A stretch of DNA of 64,000 bases from assembly GCF_001194135.2 (NCBI RefSeq), contig NC_068981.1:2746404-2810403 (forward strand), written 5' to 3'. Positions 46,868 through 60,900 of this stretch are shown in pieces. Below the pieces are notes generated by a model, which saw nothing but the letters and a program-made list of their open reading frames with translations, did not search any database and was not told the DNA's origin. This stretch comes from Octopus bimaculoides (Eukaryota). How positions within the stretch are numbered: the stretch's first letter is position 1; every line of letters starts with the position of its first letter. Made by a program: the position numbers and the translations under genes.

Positions 46868-48512
46868 ATATGCGATAATTTACAGGAATGATAGTTTCTG
46901 TTTAATGAAATGTATTAAATACAATAATTTAGTGAAAGAGTATGTCCCATTCCCAACAGAAGCACAATTAGTCTGTGTTTGCTTGCCAAGTTGTACATAT
47001 ATATAATGGACTTTACTCTTACTTCACATCATCAGATATCCTCTGGTTCACTTGAAAACAAATGTGAATGAAACCTCTATACAGTAATCCCTCACCATAT
47101 TGCTATTTAATATTTAAGCTTACATCAATTCCTCCGTGGTGTTGTTTTGCATTACTCTTTTACTTGTTTCAGTCATTTGACTGTGGCCATGCTGGAGCAC
47201 TGCCTTTAGTCGAGAAAATCGACCCCAGGACTTATTCTATCGGTCTCTTTTGCCGAACCGCTAAGTGACGGGGACGTAAACACACCAGCATTGGTTATCA
47301 AGCAATGTTGTGGGGACAAATACAGACACACACACACACACATATATACGACGGGCTTCTTTCAGTTTCCGTCTACCAAATCCACTCTCAAGGCTTTGGT
47401 CGGCCTAAGGCTATAGTAGAAGATACTTACAAAGGTGCCACCCAGTGGGACTGAACCCGGAACCATGTGGTTGGTAAGCAAGCTACTTACCACAAAGCCA
47501 ATAAAATAAATATTCTTTTATTCATTTCAGTCATTTGACTGTGGCCATGCTGGAACACTGCTTTTGTCAGACAAATCGACCCCAGGACTTATTCTTTGAA
47601 AGCCTAGTATTTATTCTATCGGTCACTTTTGCTGAGCCACTAAGTTACGGGGATGTAAACACACCAACATCGGTTGTCAAGCAATGGTGACACACATATA
47701 TATATATATATATATATACAACGGGCTTCTTTCAGTTTCCGTCTACCAAATCCACTCAGAAGGCTTTAGTTGGCCCAAGGCTATAGTAGAAGACACTTGC
47801 CTGGTGCCACCCAGTGGGACTGAACCAGGAGTCATATGTGGTTGGTAAGCAAGCTACTTACCACACAGCCACTCCTGCACATACATATATATATTAAATG
47901 TACAGGGCAATATTGTTTCTACTTTGCAGATTTTCACCTGTCACAGGGGATTTTGGAACATAACACCCGCGATTAGTGTAGTATCTTTATAAACAGATTG
48001 AAAAATAAATGAACAACCTTAATTGATTTTTTTCTTATTTGGACTCTTGTTGGCTTCTCATCAGAGGTGCCTACGTCAATTTCATCAATCCCAGAGAAAT
48101 GAGCAGCTAATTTGTTTACTTAACGATTACAGTAGCTTCAGATAACGAGCTACTAATTTGCATACCACAAGTGTTAACACACATCTACCCCCCTTCCCCC
48201 CACTGCAATTGTGGAGATTAGTGAAACAGTCTAAGTTTGAGCAAATAACCATAATCATTTGCAGGTCAAATTAAAACATATTTTTTTTTAGGCTGTAAAT
48301 AAATAAAACAATGTGTCAAATATATTTCACCATTAAGAAAATACTGACTTTAATTACAAATATATGCATAGCTTGGCAAGCAAACACAGACTAATTGTGC
48401 TTCTGTTGGGAATGGGACATACTCTTCACTAAGTTATCCAAATCCAGATAATTATTGCATTTAATACATTTCACTAAACAGAAACTATCATTGCTGTAAA
48501 TTATCGTATATG
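46868..48512. repeat. Pair of about 140-bp inverted repeats enclosing about 1.35 kb
   Basis: 46868-47003 is the reverse complement of 48360-48512 (tgtcccattcccaacagaagcacaattagtctgtgtttgcttgccaag), with one indel. Confidence 0.85.
47153..47880 (-). mobile_element. Two head-to-tail SINE family A copies
   Basis: Copies at about 47153-47500 and 47515-47880, both reverse complement of family A. Confidence 0.85.
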
Positions 48513-49750
48513 ATTTCTTTCAATTAGCTCCAAAGCAAGTATTTAAACCAGCATAATTAAACTTTTAATTTGTTTTAATCATTGGATTGCAGCCAGACTA
48601 GGACACAGCTCTTTTCTTAATCAACTAAGTTGTGGGAGTGCTGAAAAGTTCCTGGCTTTAAGGGTATCGTGAAAGGCCTGGTTAGAGGCCCAACCTGCCA
48701 TGTTCTTTTACAGGGCTTTGGAAGACTGCTGCAATAAGTGTGTGAATCTGAGACGGGGATATGTTGAATAAAATTATAATTAACTGATCCTCTTGTAATC
48801 ATAATTCATGAGGTGCATGCAAAGATCTGAGAATACAAATAATAATAATGTTATCTACTTAGGCTCAATACGTTCTGGCAGATTTGAAAGTGAGTATGCC
48901 GATTGCTGGTGTCTCTCATCTCAGAGAACACCTCACCTTAGCTAATGTGTGTTTATAACCCACATGATTTATTGATATTCTTGGGGATCTTCTCAGTCAA
49001 AGCTACCCCCAGACCAATGAATCTAACCAGAGTACTGGATCTTGTTTATAGAAATCAAACAAATTAATTTGCTGCTACATGTTTAGTGTCTGACAAACTG
49101 ATAATTTACGAGATGCACAGAGAACAGCAAGACTCCAAATAACACGTCAATTCATTTTTAATATGTTCTGGCAGCTTCAGAAGTAAATATGCTGGTTGCT
49201 GTTTTTCTACAAATTATTAGAAAAAGAACCTTCTAAAAATGTCCACTGAAAGTTTGTAACTTCAGCAAAAATTGGTCTTGAATACTGGTACATGTAAAGG
49301 ATGCACAGCGAGACAGTCTTGGAAGTACTTTAAAACTTTGTGAGCTAAAAACTTAGTTATCTTGATGTGTAACACTATTAGGCTTGTAATCTTAACTGGA
49401 CACAAATAATATATTTTGGCCAGGATTAATAGTAAAAAAGTTTGTAGTTTTTCAATTTGTTTCATTGGAAGTTGACTAACAATTTAAAAACTGTTTTATT
49501 CTAGTTATATACAGTGATTTTCCTCAGTATTTTAAGTTGGAGAAAAAAAAAATTAACCTGATTATATTAGACAAGCTCTATTACATTTTGCTGTTTGGAA
49601 TTTCACTGATAAAGAAACAACTTCTATGCTGTATGTGAATAAACCAATGAGACAAAATCTCTTCAGTAAAATATAAACTGCTTAGAATCAGTGAGAAGGT
49701 CGTAGACTGACCACAACAAACCCGATATTGACTTAAAAGGTAGTGCATGC

Positions 49751-49789
<39 letters not shown>

Positions 49790-51354
49790 TACACAATGTT
49801 TCTCACAATGCATCAAATTTTAGGGGATTAAAATTAACCTGCTGTAAAAGGATGAAAAGTAAAATTGACCTCAACATAATCTGAACTAAGAACAGAAAGG
49901 GCCAAAACATTCTGCAAGGCATTTTGCTTGACACAGACAATTCCACCATGTATAACAATAATAACTTATAGATTTGGTAATATAAGCATAGTACAGACGG
50001 GTAAATATTAGAGTTTGAAAGAGGGTGTAGGCCACTGATGCAGGAGGGACAGATCATAATTCATGCAAGTCTATTCTCACCTGTATCATCACTCTGGATT
50101 GGATTAAAAACTTACTGGCAGCTGATAAGACTTACATAGTAAAACAATATTTTCAACAAGAACATTTCAAGATTTAATTATTCATTTTAGGACTAAACAA
50201 AAAGAGGGAAGGGAATTTGACATGATACAGTGATTGTTGTTATAAATTTCTGCTGGAATAAAGGAGCTGAAGTGAAAACAAATGTTTACAACTTCCAGAT
50301 TAGAAATAAAATAACCAGAGATGATTAAAAGCTGATGAGAGAAAGAGAGAGGCACAATGGTTGAAGCAAACTCGAAATTAGGAGAGCAATGTTTTCCTTG
50401 ATGGATTCAAACATTTTTTTTTATGTATATTTTTTTTTCCAATTTATTATCGAATCTTTCTTTAGGCAGATATGGAAAATAAATCCATGATTGCAAAGTT
50501 TCTGTTTTTTTTTTTGTTTTTTTTTCTCGCAATATTTCCCAAGTTTAAAAAAAATTAGAGGTATAAGATTGTATTTCATTAACGATTGAGGAAAAAAAAA
50601 ATTCCTACTTTAGACACTTAAAAACAAAATTGTAAAANNNNNNNNNNNNNNNNNNNNNNNNNNNNNNNNNTGTGTGTATGTATAACTGTTTTAAAATGGG
50701 AGTGTATGAACCAATAAAGAGTATTTTTGTTTACATATGAAAATAAAAATAATGCCTAATCAGCAAATTTCATTTCTAATTGATGATCTTCTGAAGAACA
50801 GAGGAAGGATTAGAGGCAATCAAATAAACATGCCCACCTCTTCGATACAGTGAAGAAATGTTTACTTTGCATTCATTTAGGTTTTTTTTTCCTTTTTTTA
50901 CAGTTTCTCAGTTAACAACCATATGATTTGCATAGGATATGCTTGTCCTATGATGGAGATATATAATATATGCAATCTAATGCAAATAAACAAATGCACA
51001 TGTGTGTGTGTGTGTGTGTGTGTTACTGCAGGGAAGTTGTAAAATTGTGACCATTAATGCACACCGATTTCACTCGCACTCATGTACATATGTACTCTTA
51101 AAACTTATAAACACGCATTTTATATTAAAAATATATGTCGGCAGAAAAGCAGATATTTGTGTGTGTGTGTGTATGTATGTGATTGCACACCCAGTTGAAT
51201 GTCAATTGTAATCTCAATGAATCAAGAACATTATTATGTAAAAGTTTTTTTATCAATTGCCCTAAGATGGCTTATTTTTTTAAAAGTCAGAGTACATTTT
51301 GTTTTAAAAAAATTTTTTTTTATCTGGAGTATTTTTTATGCAAAGAACTCGTTT

Positions 51355-51444
51355 TCAGACAATATCAGAACGTCTGTTGACCGTATGGTTTGACATTGCT
51401 TGTGAGAAGCGTTGATTTGTTCTGTTCATAGGCAGTGTGTCCGG
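51355..51444 (-). CDS. CUEDC1: CUEDC1-like last coding exon
   Basis: ttttcag|CCGGAC...GTC TGA; 90 nt after a 95-nt T-rich intron; no homology support. Confidence 0.6.
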   Translation of the reverse strand, partial: PDTLPMNRTNQRFSQAMSNHTVNRRSDIV

Positions 51445-54400
51445 CTGAAAAAGACAAAATTTAATAATGAATGTAAGAAAAATATAAATACAAAAAAAAC
51501 AAAAAAAAAATCATTGTTATGAAGCATAATGAGACCAACCAATGGTTCAAAAACTGGTCTGTCTTCGAGAAAAGCTGCAGGGAGGTCGTCTTCTGGTTGC
51601 TCTTCGTCTTCCAAAAGATTAGTCATTGATGGAGCAATTTTTTCTCCAAGGCTAAATTGACATTAAGGAATATTTTGTTGCAGCAAAGTTTGCACACAAA
51701 CCCCAACACCAAACCATTTTTGAATGTCGTTTTCAATTCATTTAACCCTTTCCTGACAATATTTCTAATGAGTAAACAAAATGCCACAGTGTTTTAATTA
51801 TTAATTTCCAATATGATATCAATACTTTGGTCTTCACTAAAATATTTAAGTAGAAAAACAGACAAACCACAGATCCCTTCAGGGAGACGGCCCTGCTCAA
51901 TATGTAGAAAAGATGTCGGGAGAAACTCTGTATGGTGTACCCAGTGCAGGCGATGGACACATAAGAGGTGCAGTGGTATCACTGGAAGACTAACAAAGAA
52001 AGTAGTCTTTTACATGTGGCAGATGTACAGGAACATTAAACACCAGGAGTGTACAGAAAATAAACTCCCTCGAATGTCAGTGGGGGTCCTTAGAAGTAGT
52101 AGACAGTTTCCATTACTTAGCTGACCAAGTTAGTAGTGGGGGAGGTTGTTCTGAAAGCATAGCTGCTAGAATAAGAATAGACTAGGTAAAATTCAGAGAA
52201 CTACAACCTCTGTTAGCCATGAAGGGCCTCTCCCTCAGAGTGAGAGGCAGATTGTATGATGTCTGCATCCAAACAGCTATGCTACACGGCAGTGAGACAT
52301 CGGCTGTGACTACTGAGGATATGTGAAGGCTTGAAAGAAATGAAGCCAGTAAATGCTCCATTGGATGGGTAATGTCAGTGTGCATATATGACAAAGTGTG
52401 ACTTGAGAGAAAAACTGGGTGTATGAGGCATCAGATGAAGATGTGCTGGTACAACCATGCAATGCATATGGATGAAGACAGCTGCACTAAGAGTTGCTGA
52501 TCTCAAATTGTAGAGAGAACACATGAAAAAGGTAGACCCACAGGATGAAGTGATAAGAAAGGATCTACAGACATTGAGACTTACAGCGGAGATGACAGGG
52601 GTCTGAGACTCCTGGCAGTTTGCTGTGCTTGAAAAGACACACATCAAGCTAAGTAAAAGTGTGGCTGTCCCCTGCATCCTTTTCCAGCCGAGCATTCCTA
52701 ACCTTGCAGGCTCATGGGTGCTGGTACCAGGTAAAAAGCACCCATATTGGTGCTGCATAGAAACACCCAGTCCACCCTGTAAAGTGGTTGGCATTAAGGA
52801 AGGGCATCCAGCCATAGACACCATGCCAAAACAGATACGGAGTCTGGGCAGCTCTTCACAAGACTTTGGTTGGCCCAGGAACTATATTAGAAGACACTTG
52901 CCTGAGGTTCCACACAATGGGATCGAACCTGAAGGCAAACTTCTTGCCATACTTCCATAAAAGAATGCTGCAATGCATTTGTCGAATCCATATTGGCATT
53001 AAAAGATGGACATAAAAAAAACCACCATAAATGTACAAAGATAATATCAAAGAAAGAGAACTGTTTCAAAGGATACATGTCTCGAGAAGATTTCTTTTTC
53101 CGTCTTGAGAAGAATTTCCTTGCTAGAGTTACAAACTGTTTTCTGGAAGCTAGAATAAAACAGAAAACAAGGAGAGAAGTGAGAGAGATTTTTAACAAGC
53201 GAGACTGACTGACAAAGGTTTATATGAAAAGAATCTTGAAAGTGAGAAAAGGTACTGACCACGTCCCATGTGCTTTAATTGGCTTCGTAATTCTGCATCC
53301 TCGTCAACAGAGGAGGGGAGTGGTTGACTAAACGGGAAAGCTTCCAAGGTCTCTTGATTATCATGACCGTAGCCCTCAATATCTGTCAACAACAACAACA
53401 AAATATGAATGGAAATTGCAAGTGACAACTATTTATGTTGTAACAAGAATTAATATGACCAAATTAGGAATATTCCAGTTGACCGTTTTGAAGTTTAACA
53501 TCCAAAACTGCTAAAAGCAACACTATGAGTTCAATACCTTCCATAGTGGTTCATATAATGGAATGAAAACAAACCACTTCAATATTCATGCTTTTCAATC
53601 ACAATGGTACCTTGGGCAAGTGTTTTCTATTAAGTCCTCAATTAAAACCTTGTGAGTGAATTTGGTAGACAAAACTAAAAGAAGCTTGTTGTGTGTGTGT
53701 CTTTTCTTGAAGTCACATGATAAGTGTAAACAAGTGATGTTCATTTTCAATCTTCTGTGTTGATGTGTTTGGACATGGGGAAATATTACTTTGCTTGGAA
53801 ACTGAGTGGAGTGGTACCAAGAAATACATCTGGCTGTAGAAAATCTGCCTCAGCAAATTCTATCTGACCCATTCAAGCATGGAAAAGTGAACATTAAAAC
53901 AACGATAATACTTTTAACACGTTCTGTAAAGGCATGTAAGCCTAGTGGTTAGGATGTTAGGCTCAAGATGAAGGTCAGAAGTTCAATTCCTGAACCAGGC
54001 ATCACATTGCGTCTTTGATCAAAGTCATTCACTTTACTCGTGCTGGTGCCATGTAAAATGCACCCATTACACACTGTAAAGTGGCTGCCATTAAGGACAC
54101 CCAGCCATAGTGAGCATGCCAGAGCATAGACCAGAGCTCAATGCAGTCCTCAGCCCTGTCGGATCCCACCATATTGGTAGTGGAGAATCAAGAAAGTGTT
54201 CAGTTTTATACAACTTTCAAAGAAATCCAAGACAATCAAACATGTTCCCTGCTCCACAATGTGTGTTCTTTAACAACACTACACTCTATGCCTCATCTCA
54301 CCTCATTTCAGAATGGAATTCCTAACAAAAACAAAAGAACAAATATCCAACACCATAAACATTCATTAATTTACAAACAAATATTCTGATTGAAGATTGT

Positions 54401-54870
54401 TTGCCAAAATAACATGGCAGTCCTGGTTTAGGACGGATGTTGCTGTAATTTAGCTCCAGGAGACATCATCTCCAGTTGGCTATACGACACGATCTGTGTC
54501 CTTACATTTTCAAACAAGGGAATCTAGCACCCCCACTCTGCTCAAAACAATATCTGTGTATCGCAATTTCCGGGTTATTTCCCTTCATCAGCACAGAATA
54601 ATTGTTTGGCTAGAGGTGGTGCTGCCAAATTCCCTTTCAACTAACCTAAATTGTGAATATATATATATATATATATATACACATACATATACATATACAT
54701 ACACCATCTATCATCATCTTAACATCCATTTTCCATGCTTTCCTGAGTCAGATGGAATTTGTTGAAGCAACTTTTCCACAGCTAGATACTCTCCCTGCTA
54801 CTGACCGTTATATCTCCCCCCACCTCCCATGGCCAGTGATGTTTGTTTACAACTGCCATGTGATGTCAAG

Positions 54871-54909
<39 letters not shown>

Positions 54910-57900
54910 ACAGACTTCTGGTTTACATCTTCCAAATCCATTTGGAAACCTGCAGTTGGCTTTAAGTCTGTGAGAAGAGACACTTGCCCAAGGTACCACT
55001 GAATCCCAAACCACAAGGTTGGGAAGCAAGTTTCTCAATCGCACAACAATGCCTGCACTAAATGTGTGTGTGTGTGTGTGTACATAACTGTTTTAATGAA
55101 TTCCATTTGATTCATGCAAAAACATAGAAAAGTTGATGATGATGATGATGGTAATCTATAAAGATGGAGAAAGAAAGCCTGTGCAAAGAAGAAGAAACAA
55201 ATATTATAAATTTCTCTCTTTTTTTTTCTTCTTCTCTCTCATATCATTCATTAACCCTTTTGTAACCATAATTAATTCCAAAAATAATGAATAATTTAAT
55301 AAAATAACTCATTATTAAACATGAAATTTTGATGGCAGGTTTTAACTTCAAAATGTGAAGTTTGTATCACAAAATCAGAGGTGGTCTCAGGTGGAATCGT
55401 ATGAAAAGAGTTAATAATTCTAACAGCAGCGTTTGTTGTTGTTGTTAAACCAGGTCAGCCCTGATCCGAGAGATGAGTAAACAAAGATATTCTAGTCATG
55501 ACCATCCCATCTTTTAAAGACAGAGCATAATTTGGAAAAGACTCAGCTGTTATTTCTAACACAAAGAACACCAGCAGAAATTGGCTCAATAAATGGTTTC
55601 TATTATAAAGAAGTCTGGAGGTAGTTATTTTAATGGCACACACTATGTAGATAGAGAGAACTCACCACTTTCTTTTGGTCCAGTCGGTGACGGCTGAGAT
55701 AGAGCAGATGGTTCAAAAGCAGCTGCATTCATTCGATCTACAATCAAAGGGGACACATCACAGACCATTTACTTTTCAAAGGGATAAAAAAAATATTGAT
55801 TTCAAATTTTGGCACCAAGGCCAGAAGGGGATAAAAAATATTGATACAAACTTGTTACTAGTTTAAACATGCTTGAGGTATCTTTGAAGGTGTAAGACAG
55901 CCATTCACTGCATTTTGTCATGGAGAAAACTTCTCGCTGTTGACAAATAGGTGCCAAGAAACCGAGTCTTTCACAGCGCCCATTGACCAGACTGTGGAAC
56001 GCATGCATTTCGGAGAGGTTACCTCCTCTTCAGCCACGGAGACCAGAAAGGTAGTCACTGCAAACTGACATGAGCGCAAGCTCCCTCTAATTCTGTCATC
56101 GTCCAAGGACTAAAAATTCTCCAAGGCCGTGCCCCAGCATGGCCACAGTCTAATGACTGAAGCAAGTAAAAGATAATTATTTATTTGTACAGTATCCAAC
56201 CAAATCTAACCATGTTGATACTTTTTTTTAGCAGGAAGCTCATCTCTAAACTTATAAAGATCATTTTGTGTAAAATTCAAAGAAAATTAAAATTATTTCT
56301 ATTCAAGGAAGAATGCAACAATAACAACAAGCTTTCCCCTTTGGTGGAGATCTTCGGTTTATCTTCAACCACTGACAGGCAGCCCTCCTCTGAAGGCTTC
56401 ATCTAATACACATCTTAGACATTCTATAAATACGTTTGCTCTGCCTCAGACATGAGACATGTGACAAAAGAGAGCAATGAATATAGGGGGCAAGTTCTGG
56501 AGCGTAATGGAAGGGATGACATTAGTGCCACGGGCCTTCTCTGCTTGAAGCAACTAAATAAACAATACTGTCCTACCAACAGTCATCCCCCAGCATATCT
56601 TCAGGAAGAATTAAATAATGGTACAACTTTATCAAAAGAGTAGCAAATCAGCCATGATGTTTCTCTTTGGATGTTGTGTTTAAACTTGATGATCCAAAGT
56701 AGAATCCAGTGGATTGTTAGAAATATTAGAGCAAATGTGGTACCTTGTAGTGACCATTCCAGCCTTTGTCTTCCAAAAGCAACACCTGTGATATCACTGG
56801 TACCAAGCTGTAAATGGTGCTAAAACAGCAACCTTTCTTTTGGACAAGGCCGGTGGTGTGAGGAGGGGAGACTTACACATATGGGGAACAGCCAGTCGTC
56901 AACAACCTCAGTTAAGGCTTGTGTATACAGACTCAGGGTTAACCCTGACCAACAGAGGTTCCTAGAACTTCTCGTTAAGGCAGCAGCACTAGTGGTACTC
57001 AATGCTGCAGCTCCATCAGGTGTGTCTTGGATGTTGGACACAAAGAAGAACAAAAAAAAAAGAGAAATTCTTACACTACCAGAAATGGTATCTTTTAGCT
57101 TTTACTTGTTCCCTGGCCATGCTGGGGCATACTTTGAAGGGTTAGTTGAACAAATCAACCCTACTACCTATTTTTGTTTTTAAGTTTTACACTTATTCTA
57201 TCCATCTCCTTTGCCAAACTGCTAAGTTATGGGGGACAGAAACAAACCAACACTGGTTGCCAAGTAGTGGGGGAACACACACACATACAATGGGCTTTGA
57301 CAGAGTTTCTGTCTCTCAAATCCCTTTGAAGGCATCAGTCAGCCCGAAGAAATGCTTGCCAGAGGTGCTGCTCAATGGGATTGAACCTGAAACTATGTGG
57401 TTGAACCTGCTATGGGATTGAACCTGAAACTATGTGGTTGAACCTGCTATGGGATTGAACCTGAAACTATGTGGTTGAACCTGCTATGGGATTGAACCTG
57501 AAACTATGTGGTTGNNNNNNNNNNNNNNNNNNNNNNNNNNNNNNNNNNNNNNNNNNNNNNNNNNNNNNNNNNNNNNNNNNNNNNNNNNNNNNNNNNNNNN
57601 NNNNNNNNNNNNNNNNNNNNNNNNNNNNNNNNNNNNNNNNNNNNNNNNNNNNNNNNNNNNNNNNNNNNNNNNNNNNNNNNNNNNNNNNNNNNNNNNNNNN
57701 NNNNNNNNNNNNNNNNNNNNNNNNNNNNNNNNNNNNNNNNNNNNNNNNNNNNNNNNNNNNNNNNNNNNNNNNNNNNNNNNNNNNNNNNNNNNNNNNNNNN
57801 NNNNNNNNNNNNNNNNNNNNNNNNNNNNNNNNNNNNNNNNNNNNNNNNNNNNNNNNNNNNNNNNNNNNNNNNNNNNNNNNNNNNNNNNNNNNNNNNNNNN

Positions 57901-60900
57901 NNNNNNNNNNNNNNNNNNNNNNNNNNNNNNNNNNNNNNNNNNNNNNNNNNNNNNNNNNNNNNNNNNNNNNNNNNNNNNNNNNNNNNNNNNNNNNNNNNNN
58001 NNNNNNNNNNNNNNNNNNNNNNNNNNNNNNNNNNNNNNNNNNNNNNNNNNNNNNNNNNNNNNNNNNNNNNNNNNNNNNNNNNNNNNNNNNNNNNNNNNNN
58101 NNNNNNNNNNNNNNNNNNNNNNNNNNNNNNNNNNNNNNNNNNNNNNNNNNNNNNNNNNNNNNNNNNNNNNNNNNNNNNNNNNNNNNNNNNNNNNNNNNNN
58201 NNNNNNNNNNNNNNNNNNNNNNNNNNNNNNNNNNNNNNNNNNNNNNNNNNNNNNNNNNNNNNNNNNNNNNNNNNNNNNNNNNNNNNNNNNNNNNNNNNNN
58301 NNNNNNNNNNNNNNNNNNNNNNNNNNNNNNNNNNNNNNNNNNNNNNNNNNNNNNNNNNNNNNNNNNNNNNNNNNNNNNNNNNNNNNNNNNNNNNNNNNNN
58401 NNNNNNNNNNNNNNNNNNNNNNNNNNNNNNNNNNNNNNNNNNNNNNNNNNNNNNNNNNNNNNNNNNNNNNNNNNNNNGGGATTGAACCTGAAACTATGTG
58501 GTTGAACCTGCTATGGGATTGAACCTGAAACTATGTGGTTGAACCTGCTATGGGATTGAACCTGAAACTATGTGGTTGAACCTGCTATGGGATTGAACCT
58601 GAAACTATGTGGTTGAACCTGCTTTCAAAAATCTAACACCAAATTACTCCTGCAACTTACAACTTCCTTCTTGTGCGAGCTTCATGTGTCTCAAGACAGG
58701 AACTTGAAGGAGTCACAAATATTTAGCAATTTTTAACAATACCTTTCTCAAGAGTTTTCATAAAATCTTCGTTTCCTCGCAACTCTTGAAGAAATTCACT
58801 GTTCTGTATCACAATAGCTAAGTGTTCATCGGCCAAGTACTGAGTAAGTTCGGGGTCAATATCCTGACTAGTTGAACGCCGTCTCCGTTCATTTTCCTTC
58901 AGTTTCTGCTCCAACATACTTTTGCTAAATTCATGAGTTGAAATAATCTAAAAATTAAGAAAAGAAAGAAAAATGTAAACAGTGAGTACAAATTTTTGTT
59001 GTTTTATCATCATCAGTAATTACATAAATATGTGGAGGCACATGGCCTAGTGGTTAAGGGTGTTGTACTCACAATCACTAGATTGTGGTTTCGATTCCTG
59101 GACCGAGTGGTATGTTGTGTTCTTGAGTGAAACACTTCATTTCACGCTGCTCCAGTCCACTAAGCTGTACATGGGTCACCCTTGGACAGACCAATCTTCC
59201 AATTAGGGGGAATGTGGGACGGCTCACCTAACCAGCAGACTGGCATCATTCAAAAGCTAAAGCAAAGTAAAACGCATTGTGACCAGCGATGTGTGACAAC
59301 ATCTGATAGTCTGGTCAATCACATGATCACAAATACATGTTGCTGTAAAGATGGTGAGCTGGCAGAAACATTAGCACGCTGGGCGAAATGCTTAGCGCTT
59401 TTGTCTGTCTTTACATTCTGAGTTCAAATTTTGCCGAGGTCGACTTTGCCTTTCATCCTTTCAGGGTCAATAAATTAAGTACCAGTTGTGTACTGAGGTC
59501 GATCTAATCGACTGGCCCCCTCCCCCAAAATTTCAGGCCTTGTGCCTAGAGTAGAAAAGAATAAATGTTGCTGTGTCGTGGCAGATCCATTGTGCCAATA
59601 ATGGAAAGTTCTATTTCACCCTATTGCAGGTCTGTTTGAAGCAGACTCGGAATAGCAGAGACATATCATTGATGTAAGTGTGAATGACAATGAAGGGACA
59701 TTGATAAACTTAACTAATTAACTCTCATTATCATTTAGCATCTTCCTTCTCTGCTGGCAAGCCAGAGGATTGTGCTTTGTCTGCTTTCTACAGCTGGACA
59801 CCCACCCTAATTGCCAACCGCTTTACAGAGAGTACTGGGTGCTTTTTACAAGGCACCAGCACCAGTGCTTCTTATGTGGCACCAGCACTTTTTATGTGGC
59901 ACATTAAATATTCATGAGATATTTGCTTACCAAAAAAATTCTGATGTGAAGTAAAGTGGTGGCATGGACTGGTAAGCAGAGTTACTAGCAATTATTTTTA
60001 GGATTTAATATAATATATGTTTTGGTTGCTAACTTTGGCAGGCCTGTATAAAATGTTGGTGCTTTTTATGTGGAACCTGCATTGACAGAGTCATCAAGTG
60101 TTTTGTAAGGCAAATCCCCTCAACTATTAGAGGGGAAGTAGTACTGAAGAGGTGCAAACAATCAATTGGTTCATTGGTTAAGTAATTAACCCATTGACAA
60201 ATATAAGATAAAGAAGTGAAACAGAACCTGTGCAGGTGTTTGTTATTGGCACAATGACACTCCCAAGATACAATAAAATCCATTTCAACAAACAAGTTCA
60301 ATAATCAATAATCTTGCATACCAAATACAAAAACGAAATATATAAATTCCAGAATTGTTATTGCCTGGAAAAAGATTTGGTCTAAGCTTGTGAGTTGAAA
60401 CCAACATCCACCATAAACATCCAGTGGTGACATCTACTCTTAAATCCAGCAATTAACACTCGTATCTTAATTAGTTTCCAAATATGTTACAAAAGAACCA
60501 ATCCACTTACCATTGTCTTTGATGGTCTGTAACTTTTTCTTTGTGGAGTTGAATTCAAATTAGCATCGAGACTTCTTGTGGGAGATGAATGTTTGTGTGA
60601 AAGTGGTGGTGGAGGGGGTGGAGGTGTGCTGTTTCTTTGGAGTCTAATCGGTAAGTTCAAGCGGAGAAAGTCATCTGGTAAAGTCCCTAGCATGGGTGGG
60701 TTCCAATTGCGATAGACTCTTCCAGAAGGAGTCGAAATAGGTTTATTAGGATGTCCATAAAATGTTTTAGGAATTGTATTGGACGACGGCAATGAGAGAT
60801 TTGGGCTAAGAGAGAGATTGGGTAGATCTATATCAAGTAAATTGCCACAGGCTGATAAGCTACGTTTATGAGGGCCCCTTGGTGGGGTAGGAGGCAGCTG

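Noticed and set aside
51426-51539. Read-through of the 95-nt intron giving a hydrophobic tail-anchor-like C-terminus
   Set aside because: The Phe/Val run is simply the T-rich pyrimidine tract of an intron with a clear cag acceptor. It would need intron-retention reads to be taken seriously.
56881-57183. Plus-strand ORF beginning MGNSQS (myristoylation-like)
   Set aside because: Short, no recognisable homology, runs into a SINE, and is antisense to the candidate cassette exon.
57377-58623. 37-bp repeat of CRISPR-like length
   Set aside because: Units are directly adjacent with no spacers, the DNA is eukaryotic, no cas genes are present, and the unit derives from a SINE.
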